A DNA stretch of 64,000 bases from Trichoplax adhaerens (Eukaryota; Animalia; Placozoa). The stretch spans positions 1,693,454 to 1,757,453 of the forward strand of contig NW_002060946.1 in assembly GCF_000150275.1 (NCBI RefSeq), in the 5' to 3' direction. Below, in pieces: positions 40,130-54,200 of this stretch. The notes below the pieces were generated by a model, which was not told the DNA's origin, did not search any database, and saw only the letters and a list, made by a program, of their open reading frames with translations. Within the stretch, counting starts at the first letter, position 1. Each line of letters begins with the position of its first letter. The translations under genes and the position numbers were made by a program.

Positions 40130-42349
40130 TCATACGATAGTTTGTTTATTAAAGGATATTTTACACCATTCATAAACACCAAAGTAAATACCGCCACCTA
40201 AGCTGATCCAAGTGACACGAGGCACTAGCCCTGAAAATAAGCTATTCAAGACTAAAAATTACTTAAATTGAATTTATTTCTGAAACAGTTCTATCCTATT
40301 ACTATGTTAAAAATACTGATCTTCTAATAAAAGTTACCAAAAAATTAATCATACCCTCTAAATTTCTGCTTTTCCCAAATGTTACGCAGGACCAAAAATG
40401 TATTGCCGCTGGCATCAGCGCTTTTTCTCTAACAAATAATTCGGTATCAATTGGATAATCAGAAATCGTTCCAAATTTAAAATTGTAAGACAAGCATAGT
40501 ACGTATAATCATCTTATATCAACGAATAACCCGGTATAGACATCAATCAATCAATTCTAGCATGTATAACAATCGCCTTCCATATACTCCACCATACCTC
40601 AGCTAGCATGACCCTAGTCTTAAGGACATCCAAGGGAGTTGTTAATGCAGCTGCTAAACCACCTTGTGATTATCATAACAATTCCATTCATCAACATGAG
40701 TAGCCTACTAGTCCATTAACAGTTTTATCGTAAACATACCAGCTAATGATCCACATGCAGCAGACTGCCACGATTCGATTGGTCTGTCTTGATACTTTGA
40801 CCATTTTCTCTAAGCGCATAAAACGTAAATTTGATAATGTAATAAAATTGCTAACAAATTTCCATAAAAAAAGGTCAAAACTTTGGTTAGTGATACCTTC
40901 AAATATTCCCAGACAGGATATTCTATTACGGCAAACGGAATCTACTTTCACAGGCGAATTTTGTACATGTAAAGACCTTTATATTTATCATACGAGTATG
41001 TCGATTAAATTCGAATAAACAATGACTCCTACATCACGGATAATAGTTTTTCCATATCCACGGTAAAATCCTTTTAAACCCTACATTTATAAACATTGAT
41101 TGGATTAGTGAACATAAATTTAAATAATCTTTCAACCCTGAATTATGCAAGAACTAAAGAATACAATATAAGTATACGAACTTCTGTTCTAGCAGTTTCC
41201 TTCCAAAGAACTGCGATATTCCGATTAGTCTCTACTTGAGCACGCTGCTTGATAACTTCGAAAGGATTTCTCACAAAAGATCCGCACTAAAGATTTAAAT
41301 ATAGAGATTCTATTTCTAAGGACTACTACAATATATTGATACTAATAATGTAATATAATTACAGTAAAGTAGAGTAAGCTAGAAGTTGGTCACAAACTTT
41401 GGTTAAATTACTACACGATTTATACATACAGTTTCTCCAACACAAGCACATATCACGTGGATGAATGGCCGATATTCTTCAGGAGCTGTAGGCTCCAGAA
41501 TATTTTTCATCAATTCATACGAGAAAAACATTGCTGCAGCTAGTTAATAGAGAAAGCTGTTAGAAATTTCAGTGTCGAGGTAGACGATGTTTTGATGGTA
41601 AACGTAGACCATGATGATGATGTATGCGTGCAGCAATACCGTATGCCTTACAATTTGAAGACTATTGTACCCAATATCATTCCAACAACTCTACAAATTA
41701 ATCCGCATGAAGTATATATCTCGGATCTCCTTATTTATTTCACTTAAAAGATTTCAAAAAATAAAAATACTAAATACCAGATGGAGCTGAACCAGCAGCC
41801 ATGGAGAAGAAGCCAGAATACACACCACGAAAACCACCAGAACGAATAAATCCAGCGGACGACTGCAATCGTGTTTTAATCGTATCTAAATAATATAGAA
41901 CGGTTTCAATGATTCTTTTATCAGCAAATCGTATATAATTCTGTAATACTGTAGCTGTAAATTTCAAATAGCTATTTGAATTAAATAATCTCAATGTAGG
42001 TACCAATTGGATACAACGCAATGTCAACTGATAGTCCAGCCGCACCACCAGCCTAAATGATAAAGAAATCCAATATCGGAGTTACGGACTGTGTATTATG
42101 TATATAAATATATATAGTCCATCGAATCGTTAGGTTAATTGTCAGAATTATTGCATGACAATTATGCATAGCTACAACAATAGCATTCTCTACAACCAAG
42201 TTATACACTTTGTAACTATTCTATCATATGATTTAATAGTTAAATTTACGTATAGTAGACATTATTTTTGTGGTATAGAAAGTAATATTCTAAAGATGAT
42301 ATACCAAAAATGCATGAGTCAGTGGCTGTTTTTGAGGTTTTGGATCCAT
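40130..42349 (-). CDS. SLC25A26: Mitochondrial S-adenosylmethionine carrier (SAMC), ~11 exons
   Basis: Spliced translation: MDPKPQKQPLTHAFL|AGGAAGLSVDIALYPI|DTIKTRLQS...GGFRGVYSG...GSAPS|AAAMFFSYE|...VRNPFEVIKQRAQ|GLKGFYRGYGKTIIRD|IPFAVIEYPVWEYLK|...SWQSAACGSLA|GGLAAALTTPLDVLKTRVMLAE|...|LFSGLVPRVTWISLGGGIYFGVYE. Three Px[DE]xx[KR] carrier motifs and SAMC-type GSAP and SWQSA motifs. Confidence 0.92.
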
Positions 42350-42863
42350 GCTTGTATATTCGTATTCTGCTAAAGCTATCCATGGACAAAAAAAATGATA
42401 CAGAAGATTAGTTTATACCTTACATCATTAAATAAGTAGCTGCTACCAACTTAAGAATACAGGTTACTTAATATGTATCAAAAAGCATGTGTGCTGAAAG
42501 GACAGGCTATACCCATTCATTTTTAAAGCAACGATTAAAATTCATTTAATATCTATTGTAGGTGCAAGATATGTAATATGAGTGCGTATACGAATATATT
42601 GGCAACTGAACATACGTATACGCATATGAATGTTTATGGAATCAATTCTAAAACAATGGCTATTAAGTTGTTACCGAAAACATATCAATTTTCAAAAATT
42701 CGGTAATATGACAACACATAAATTACACTAATAGTTTGACTTATAAAATGTTCAGGTACAAGAAATGATTTGGATTACAATTTGGTGTTGCCGTTCCAAG
42801 ATTCGACCGGCATACTGTATAGTGTATAGTGAGTATATACTGTCTACACAATATCAAATTGCA

Positions 42864-42913
42864 NNNNNNNNNNNNNNNNNNNNNNNNNNNNNNNNNNNNN
42901 NNNNNNNNNNNNN
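42864..42913. other. Assembly gap (50 N)
   Basis: Run of exactly 50 N, probably a placeholder; the true length is unknown. Confidence 0.99.
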
Positions 42914-44009
42914 AGTAGATGTTTGCAAATATGAAATGAATTGTATCTTGCTTCCAGTTATATACTGTAATTATCGTAAATTGGTGATATCCACATCGTT
43001 GTACGAGTATATCATTACTTTACTGTCAATCAGATTATAATTAGAGTCAATAAATAGGACGATATGGAAATGATCCCATGAATGAATAACAAAATCAAAT
43101 TGGCTATGCCATAACATCCGTACTATCGTATTCAATATTGTTTAATGTCTGCAAATATGAAATGAATTTCATCTACTACGTGTTAATAAAAGAGGTAAGT
43201 TAGCAAGGCAAAGGGCACATCAAATATTTGCTCGAAGAAATGAATCTCAACGTGTACAATATAATAATACTACCATTACTTGGTAACAAAATATCAAGGC
43301 ATTTTGGTGCTATTATACATACGTATGCTACTTCAATCACCATCAACTTTAAGTTATTTAGCTGCGAGTGGAAAAGTTTCGTTGACATCAAATATAGATA
43401 GCAAAATATCAGTGATGCTGCTATTTCTCTGCAGGAATCGCCATCTTGATTAAAAACAAGAAAGCAGTAAATAGGCTATAGCTTCTGTAGGCTGAGAGTA
43501 CTGTACTGTATGCTGACGGATAATTAATTATAAAAGTATAGAATTAAACACCTACTAAATGTTCAATTTAATACAAGTTAGCATCGATTGAAAATACAAT
43601 TATTAATTATCCATTCTATTACTGTATTTTATACCCAGAAAGAGTAGGACACTAGTTGAAAGCCTTGAATCACAAGTAGTCGGAGTCAAGACGAGGATTT
43701 ATGCATAACATGCAATAATCACACTGTTTGAAGTGAGATTTTAATGTTAGCACCGTGTCCAATCTACGGTGCTGTATCGCAATCTGTGAATAAAGGATGT
43801 CACGTATGGTGATGACTTCGTCCGACAGTGGACTAAAAATGACTTGGCGCGCGATACTGCCACCAGTAGTAGCCCATTCATTAATTGCCGACCTATCGAA
43901 TTGCATAGCGACTGGAGATTGCTCAACTTACTGAATACTATACTGTTCCAGCTGTCCGTGACCTGTCTATCCGTCTACTGCAATCTGATACAGTCAGTAT
44001 TGTAAATTA

Positions 44010-44110
44010 CCGTAGTATTACTGTACTGTACTGTACTGTATACTACAGTACTGTACAGTACAGTACATTTTACAGTGTACCGTACACTACTGTACAGTAC
44101 TGTACTGTAG
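44010..44110. repeat. Mixed-orientation (TACAG/CTGTA)n cluster between the divergent SLC25A26 and PKA-RII genes
   Basis: TACTGTACTGTACTGTACTGTATACTACAGTACTGTACAGTACAGTAC. Confidence 0.8.
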
Positions 44111-47100
44111 ATTGCCAAGCACGGAACTAGCTAGCTTGCTCAGGCTTTCTTTTTGCATAACTGCAACTGCAAGAAAGTGTTATTTTAAATTAGTTTTATG
44201 CTTTGGCCTTACTATATTGCGAGCATACTGCACAGTGAAAGACCGGGCCTTGAGTAGATTTTTAACATGTTCAAATATGAGTACCCTGCACTATCCACTA
44301 CAGTGTACCGTAGAGACCCTTAATTAGAGAGCCTCTAAGAGTCTCTAGTGTACAGTATTGCATTGCAAAGGTGACGGTTAGCTGAAGTAAACTTTATTGC
44401 AAACATAGAGATTTCTCGATGAGTGTTCGGTGGAAGAATAAAGCAAGAGCTAGTTCTACCTTGTTGAGGTGAAAGACCGGACCTTAAGTAGACGTAATTT
44501 CATCTTTTTTAACGGGCTCAAATACGCACTATACCCTAGTGGACACTGTACTGTATGCAACAGAGAGCTGAAAAACGACGAGATTGAGATTGATAGCTTG
44601 ACTCAGCTCGAATCGAAAAGGTGTATAATTTCCTTGAAACCCAACCCAACTCTAACCCCTCCTTCGTCAAAAAAGTTTCCAGCACTCGCACGGCCCGAAC
44701 CAACCCCGATTCTTCTTCTATAAGGTTGTAATATCGTAATGTTTTGATAACAGTGAGATTGTACTATCCACGGATCTTCTACTTCTAGAAGTAACCTTAG
44801 TAAGAAATTTGTTTTATCACGTATTGACGTATGAAGGTTAGTATTTAGCTATCCGGCATGCATTCCCTTTCCACTTGCGATAATTTCTGCTCTTCTGCAG
44901 AGATCAATTCATTATTATATCACGGTAAAAAGTACTACTTGTGAGTGGCGATGGTATTTAAACTGATATTATAAATAATTATTATTTAATATTAGAGTTG
45001 AACTACTGTTGCATCCTACGAAATTGAACTCCTTGAAAGTACCATTTGAGAGGCGCAATATGTTAACCTATAAAATAGAATCGTAGATGAAGTGCTTCAT
45101 TATATTACAAAAGAATTGCCTAGAATGATTAATGAATTAAACATTTTCAATTTTGTTTTCGATTTAACACTAAACGTACTCTTGCGACAGTAATTACATC
45201 ACTTCAAATTATAAGAAAGCATTTAAAGAAATAAATAAGCTTTTAATTTTATGCACGTTCATAAGTCATCACAACCATTAAAAATCTCTTTCAGTTCTTG
45301 CAAGTACTCATCGGCTCGTATAGTATATGAAATTTATTAATTTATAATTAATATATCATTGTAGCGGCAATTAACGATCGATAATCTCTTAGTAAAAATC
45401 ACGGATTTTATAATATTTTGCTGATCTAACGAACTATGAAATGGTCTAACCTGAAAGTATATAAACAAAATTGTATTTCAAACGTCGAATCGCAATTACA
45501 ATAAGTTACAAGTAGATTAATAATAACTTGATTTAACAATCGCCATTAGTCTAATCTGCAAATTAATTTTATCCTGATCATTAAACGCATAGCTCTCATT
45601 GTTTATAACATATTGCATCATCATTGACTACATCAATTTCGATTTTGAAATTATTCCTAACTAGGAACTAATAAACTATAGTATCTTCTCTGTGACGCAA
45701 TTACATGTGAGTAGCGCACATCTCTATCAATCATGCGCGTGTAAGCGTTATAGAATTTTGTATTTTATGCAAGGAAATGCATGAAACCTGAATGTAAATA
45801 TAAAGATTTGCTACACCATTCTATATTCCTTGATTGTATAAGACAATATTCTAACAATGCTCCATGACATACCCTAAATGAATTGATCTGCTAATTGTTT
45901 TCCCGCGATTACAATTTGTTGACGATGATTTAGCCCCATGAAGAATACTTTAAACACTGCACTCAATTTGTAAATTTTTTTTAATTAATGGTGAATAACG
46001 CCTATAAAACTAAACTTGATATGCGCAATTACATTTTAAATGCTAGTACTCGCTGCTTACATCGAAATCTACTTAAAAACGAATAAAAGAAATCAATCGC
46101 TAATAGTCTGCGCTTCCTTCCAATTATCAACGTTATGAGATGTTATTTTCGGTTTTAAAAAATCTTACTATCAATGAAAATATCATTGAGCAAGCTAATG
46201 ATTTGTTCACAATCTCGATATAGTATAATTAACACCTCGTCCATTTCTATCATTGTTATTTTCTTTGAAATATTATCGTGAATTGAAATTACAGTTCACA
46301 TTTTTAGGATGCATCATGCAATATTGGTTAAGGCTCCAAAACTGCGTCAAATCATTACCGATGGTGGATATAAATTTAATAAGTTATGAAAGAATGACAC
46401 AATCGAAAAATAATTGGAATTCTCCAATAACAAAGTTAGGTTTGCTGTTAATAACTATGCTAGACTGTACCATGTGATAATTTCAATTTGTAAAAAAGTT
46501 TTACCGTCATACTATTTCGACGATCTAATTCACGTTTTGTGACTGTCATAAATGCAATTAAAGCTATTCAAATAAAATTTTCGAATGGAGGCTGGCCATA
46601 AGACTTTTATTATCATTATGCAAAATAATAACGGTAAAGTTGAATTAATGCCAGTATGGATCATCATTTGAATATCTGCGCTCACTCCAATAACTTTAGA
46701 ACGGTCAAAAATTATAAGCCAATACATTAATGCTCTTTGAAATAGGTTAGCCAATCACTTTTAAAAATTGTCCGATGGATCAATCAAACAAAGCCAACGT
46801 ACTTTATCAATGAGACTATGCAATATGTGGTAGAGTGTCAAACAATATAGTTCGAAATTTTAACCATTATTAACTTTACATCTGCTATGGCACAGTATCG
46901 AATATAGTACATCTAGGAAATAAAATTATTTTGTTTCGATATCTTAATCAATAGCCAATTCTAAGGCAAATAAACCTTTTAAATTTGCCACTACTCAATC
47001 AAAGATTAGAAAAAATCCGATTTTAATTGATTTTAATCACATAGCTCTGCTACAAGATCAGATATACATATAGAATTATTCCTAAAGCTCGTAGAATAGC

Positions 47101-48266
47101 CTTCGATTTCAGTGCTTAATATTCTGACGTCGTAAAGGCAAATACGCCTGTAGATCGTAAAAAAAATAGAGACAAAGGTGTTTGTTACAGTAGCGAAAAC
47201 GGCTGGATATCATAAAGGTTTGAAGTGCAAATTACTTACTATTTAAATTTACTGTTATACAAATAATTTCGTTTAGTGATATACGAAGATATGGATTGGA
47301 ATGGAACCGATATAAATTTATCCAGCTTTCTTTTTAAAGAGAAATATACTATTACTACCACCATAAACCAATAAGGCATAGCTTCTATTAGCGTGATTTC
47401 TCTTTCCTAATATCATCTTAATCGATTTTTTTGATTTATTCCAACCAAATAGAATTACACCACAGATGGGATATTTATTTGTTGATATCGATACATTAAC
47501 ATGCTCTGCTCTCTATGCATATTTTTCTTTGCGTATGAACTTAGCCTTTAGTCTCCTCCCATCGACTACCAAATTTAAAATTGAGTATGAGAAGTATCGT
47601 TACTAATGCGATTAATACTTTCTATCACACTAACTGAATATATAAAAATTGTACAATGACCTCAACTAGCTGTTAGTATTGTTGATGAAACTTAATAACA
47701 ATTTCTTGTACAATAGTACATAAAACAATTCAAAAATAATGAATTGTTATAAAATAAATAATACTTGGCAATGATAGCGGATGAATACTTTGTTCCTATT
47801 CTTATTTTCTGTTTTAGGATCATGCTAATTTTGGAATATCGAACAGCAGACACAATATATTAATAAGAGTCAACAATATAGACAAAGATTATGCTAATGA
47901 TGCTTGTAAAATGAAAAATTAGAAGTTATTACCTTATTAATAACAGTTGCACAGTGATAATTTTTATCACTTACCTTACTAAATCTCTAGATTTAGTATA
48001 TATCGTGCAAACTAGCTAAAACCTAGATGTGTATACTATACGGCTTCTTCCACTCTTCCTAATTTACAACACTTTAGTAAAAATACAATTCTTTAATGAC
48101 AATAAAAGACTTTTAGGCCCGTCATAATATCTTGTAGGTAAGCTCATAGAAGAATTACGCACCTGCTATTTTATATAAACTTTCTATATATCTCCTTGAA
48201 ATCACTTGAAGAGCTGGTAAAGAAAGTTTACTTACTAGTAAATAGTAGTTAAAACAATCATCAGGA

Positions 48267-51200
48267 ATGGATTCATCTGCAGTATTTGAAATTCCTAAGG
48301 GACTGACAAATGCTTTACAAGAATTTACCGTTAGTTTGTTATGCGAAAAGCCAAGTAATATTTACGACTTTGCAGCAAGTTATTTTACCAAACTGTCTAA
48401 GGAGAGGAAGAAATCATTAAACGATGAGATCAGTGATTCAGATGATAGTGAGTATATTACGAATTTTTCCTTTATTCTTTCATCTTCGATATGATCATAT
48501 AGTTTTACCAATTTCTTACTCACACCTTGTACGTAAACGTTATAATTATGCGTTGATATTCGAATTATTTATTTCTCTCACTAATGACGTTTTTTCTTCA
48601 CTGAAATATTGTAACATAACATAAAATACAGTGTAACCAATCATCCTTAATCAAATTTTCTCGATTCTTTTTACCCGATATTAATTAAAAAATTTATATC
48701 AAATGACATCTCCAGTATTGACGATTTTATTCATTCATGGATTTTATTATTTATCATATCAATTTCGAATTTAAATCAACTGACAGTACCACAATTACTT
48801 TGATCACCAATTTTTTTATAAGGGATCATTGATCTACCGTAGTTCAAGTAATAAATAAAACCTCAACAATATTAAAAACAATTACAATAATGAGTTTGAT
48901 GAGGTAATTCATTCTAGTTTCTCTAAGAAATAAATACCCAAGTCTAGTCTACCAATGTATTGATAAGTATACGTAAATCAGATTTTAAAAATGAATGTGG
49001 TAAAAGCTTGTAGCAAGAGTGCACATACAAATTTGTTCTCAATAGTGAGATACAGAATTTTAATGCTTGTTAGAGGTGTGAGAATCTAAAATCACTTTCT
49101 TCCATTTGATTAAGACTAACTTTCATATAGCCAGTTTCTTAAGGTTTATCCATAATTATTGGAGACAAAATACTATGACAATTACAGGTCATTATTTCTC
49201 TCACTAAATGGTTATTCCAGGCTCTTAAAGCCATTACTACTGATCAAGTTGTAAATTAACAGCCAAAAAATTAATTTATCCAATATTAAATTAAATGAAA
49301 TAATAATACCCATCACTCTCTATCGAAGTTTTTAACTTCGAAGTCATCTATAATAAATTTGAACATCGCGATTCAAGCAAAAGATTGACAATGTTTCAGT
49401 TAGGCTATTTCAAATCCTTCTCATCTTGATACTCTTACGAATATTGATATCGAAGATATAGTCATAACTTGCTACAATTAGTCAAGATCATTTTATGAAG
49501 AAACGCGCATATACATCAGGAAATGAAATACACCCAATTAAAATAAACATTATTACCGTATTAAGAAATACGCTATCCACTTTCCCACTATTTTTATCGA
49601 TTTAAAAGGACAAGAAATGAAGATACTGTATTTTCTTATCGTTTCTGTAGAGTAGAGAAAAAAGCCATATAACAAACAAACAGACGAGACTATCAAAGAA
49701 TATCGACACCAATTATGTAATCATTTTCAATCGATTAGTTTTTGTATTTCTAATGGTTAAACTGAGAAAAGATCTTAGACATGGCTAGCCTTAATCATTG
49801 CGAAATTAAAGGCATTTCGGAAGTACCGGTAATTAGCTTTAAATTGATCATATCAATATATAATGGTCGCCAGGCTACTGCTACTCATCACTACCAGCAA
49901 TAAACATATCTATTCCGCTTAGAATAAACTTTAAGGGTACATCACTTGTAAAGCGCTAGTATTAAATTTAACTTTGAAAATAGGAACGATAGTTATTATA
50001 CATAAAACAGGGAACTTATTTATTTTATTAATGCTAAAGCAATTAAGATACAGATCGAGTAGAGGAGGAAAAATGTAAAAATTAGAATAAAATTAAGCCA
50101 AGGACTGCGACAAATTAATAAACTAACAGAGTATTGCTTATCCAGTGCCAGTTTGTGTTTGTATAGAAACTGGCTTTTGAATAAATAGTACGCTGTTTAA
50201 TTACCGTTGTGAACTAAATCTCACCTGTAATTTCTATTTAATTTTCTTATTAAACTATCTGTAAACCAAATTTTTTTATGAAACAGGAGCTTTGTTATCG
50301 TTTATCAAAAAATCGATTTAGTAACTGTTACTGGGAATGTAATTATTTCCTCACGATATTTTAAAATTGATTCTATATTTTAAGTAATCCATAATCAATT
50401 CGTGAAAATTTTATATCTCCTACACCAACAACTTTTCAATTGTATCTATGGATGAAGACGTTATTGTGATTATAGCAAATATTATTGACGATATCTCTAA
50501 AAATATATAATATGTAGAAATCGATATCACCCAATTAAAAGGACGTTGGCGAGAAATTTGTATATTTTATAATTTGATGTTTCAACATACTATTGTTCCA
50601 TTACTTGTTAGTATGATGTTTAAGACGATATTTGACAAGGATTCTCTTTCTTAAATACTTTCATTTTATAATAAGGCGATACAGAAACAGACCGTCATTA
50701 TTATTTCATTTATTTATTTCATACTTATTGGTAACTATGTTATGAAATTTTATTTGTTATACAATGTAATTCATTCCATTTCCTGTTAATGTACAATCCA
50801 ATCGATAAATTAAGTAGCAAGTTACGAGAAACAGATATATTTCGTGTTTGCTACATTTGCATTAAAGTGAAATGGTACCATATTGAATGTGAGCAAATAA
50901 AATGCCCATGTAATACTGCGTATAGTAAATAAATAAACATGAATTATTTAGTTTACTAACTTAAGAGAAATTTAGTTTAGACATTATTAATTAAAAGAAA
51001 GACATCTAGCAAGGAATCAGTACTTGCATTATACACGTACATAATATTCCAATACGTGACTGTAATTAGGAAGCGTATCGTAACTTATCAGCTATTCTAT
51101 GTGATAGCTTGCGAAATAACTGAATAAGATTATCGGGCTAGCTTTGAATATTTATTCTAAAATAACAGAAAATGACTGTACACAAAATTTAGATACTATG

Positions 51201-54200
51201 GTACTAATGAGTTAGTTTGAAGAAGAAAATTTGTTCAAATAAGTGTAAATTAATCTCTAAAATTTTACAATAAAGAAAAGGACACAGACAAGTATTATAC
51301 TATGAAAAATTTGATTATATTTGTCTGTCTATAAAGTAATTGTAATGAAACAGTTGAAACCATATACATTTATACTGCTTAAACTACTGTATGCATCGTA
51401 CCATATGTATAGGTCTATGATATATAAGACCATAAAAACACCGCTTGGGATTCTAAATAATGCACTATATGATAATTAGTAAATAGTTTCGCTGGTCCTT
51501 GATACTGACTATTTTGCTTAATTACCTCTTCCACTAACACAAAGGTTGAGTTTCTATCATTGGCATAGGAATGTCATTCAGGATCATAGATAAACCCTAC
51601 AATTAATTAATAGATAGTTCTGCTGGGCTTTGCTATCAATTATTTTAATCTATTAAATCATTTACATTCAGATCTAGTAAGATAAAGCCTCACGTAGGTA
51701 ACTATTGTAATGTAAAGTTTTTTGTCGCTTAAAAACTTTTAGTTGTATTAAATGTGTGTAGTAAAGCTAATTTTCAACGTTCACAATAAATCCGACTAAC
51801 TGAATTGTTAAAATCGCATTAAGCTTTACTCAATAACACCCTAAAACTGTGACAGTATAATAACCTACCAGCAAGAAAAACTACTGATTTACTCGATGTA
51901 GCTCATATACTTTACTGCAAACCTATTAAATTACGTAATTAAATCATCATTAGCCGTAATATATGAAGCACTCTTTCAAGAGTTAGCGAATATGTAGTAT
52001 TAATCGTTTTGATAATAAATAGCAATTTAATGATAATGTTAAACTTATAACATTACGATTTGCAGTGCCAACAACTAATCTTATTGAAATTACAAAATCA
52101 TGTGTAATGCTTAAACGAATCTTGTTTAATTTTTGTTCGGCCAGCCTTGGGTTCATTATGGCTAATAAGCCAAAAACTTATATCTTACACTATATTATAG
52201 CTACTTAAACTTCACCTAATTAGTTCAGACATTATCCTATGAAAGTTTCCGCGATAGCACTTTGTATATCCTTCCGTTAGTTGATATCACTAATTAAATA
52301 TACTGGCAGTAAAGAAACATTTTTATAAGGTGCAGTATAGAATAGCATTTTATCCAACGACTTCCTCCAGAAATATATTATTCGATATTCTGCCATAATC
52401 ACCGTCATTGCCTTTCAATATTTCATCCTTTTTGAATATTTTATTAACCTCCCTTCCTCTTGACGCCCTATCGAACCAGAGTAATTCCCAGTATACAAGC
52501 ATTTTCATATTAATCCAGTTCCAACGTTCAAATTAAGGAAATTAATCCCAGAATTTCCTATATATTGTTATAGTACCTAAGTCTCATTTATAACTTTTTT
52601 CTTCCTAAGGTGAAAATGAACAACGATATCGAAGAAGAAAATCAGGTGCAACAACTATAGCAATTAAAATTCTTTGAATAGTGATGTAGGCGCTATCAAT
52701 TTTAAATAGTAATACTTTAAGATCAACTGATTTATGACAATTAAGCATAAAATCGAAACTTATGTGGCCAAAATCTGCAGTCATCAAAATATTTTAAAAT
52801 CTTACGATTATTAATACTTTCAGTATCTGCTGAGTCCTATGCTCCAGACCCGTTTGAAGATGATGGAATAAGTGGAGTAAGCAATTCATCTTAAATATTG
52901 CGTATCAGAATTATATACGTACAACTCCGTTTTATAGAAGAATATCGCATTTCGTATTCCTGCATAAATTTTTTCGATTTCAGACTGTTTTATAAAATTT
53001 TTCAAAAAAATTACCGAAAATTAAGCTCTCTTTATTTTATACCTATCAGGTTTATCATTTCAAAACGGAGGAGCAAAGAAAGCGATTGGATGCTTCCGTT
53101 AAGACGTCTTTCCTATTTAACAATCTTGATGAGGTAATAGGTTTTCAAAATTGGAACACAAAAATAGAAATCATGATCATCTATAATATAATTGATAGCA
53201 TGGTAATATGATATATAATTAGCCCTATTGGAAGTTCACTCTCATCTAGACCTAGTTATGGCGTAGTTTTATAGCACACACGTTAACTAACTACCTACGG
53301 AAATATCTTGTATGTCAATTTCGTAATGTACTGCCACTGTACAATCATCGTCATCTGTTATAGCTAGATATCAATTACAAGAATAATGTCACATTTTGAC
53401 ATTTACTATAATGTTCATCTAATTAATTTATCATGATTATGCAAGGCTAAAGAACCGCTTCTCAACCTGTTTCGATTTTAATTATCATAGGAAAAAAATG
53501 CTGAAGTTCTAGATGCTATGTTTGAGAGAAAGGTATCGCAAATTAGAGCATCTATCTATTTTTTAGCTCCGATACTATACGCTATTTAGCCGGTTATTAC
53601 TCATTAATTAAATACTCATAATTCTTTTTTACCTTACCTGTTCATTTTAAAATAATATGATATTTATCTTGAATAAACTATATTTCAGCGATAAATTAAC
53701 CTGTAGATTTCCATTTATTGCAGTAACACTCGTAAGCGGTTCAGACCTTTGGATTTTCAACTTTTGCTTTGTTTATTATTTTTAATTAGGTCGAACCTGA
53801 AGAACATGTCATTGATCAAGGAGATAGTGGTGATAACTTCTACGTTATCGATAGGTAAATCCTATTTCTATAAATCAACCTAAAATAATTTTGTATGTTA
53901 CGATATAAACTGTATTCATTAACAAAATGCATAAGACAAACACCCTAACTATTATGGCATTAATATTTAAAACAATCTTAGTGGTGTCTATGAAGTCGTT
54001 GTTACTTTGAATAATGTCGCAAAAACGGTAAGTAAAAATTAAAAATTGAAGCAGCTACATGTATAAGTTGAAAATAGAATCACTTGCAAAGCAATATCCG
54101 TAATTAATGCGGCGTATTGGCATTTCATTCAATACATTAAAGTAATCGAAGCAGTTTCGAAGTTATCTATCTTAACTATATTAACCGTTATAAATCATCT

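Noticed and set aside
43670-43906. 78-aa minus-strand ORF upstream of SLC25A26
   Set aside because: No recognisable domain; more likely a 5' UTR or promoter region of SLC25A26.
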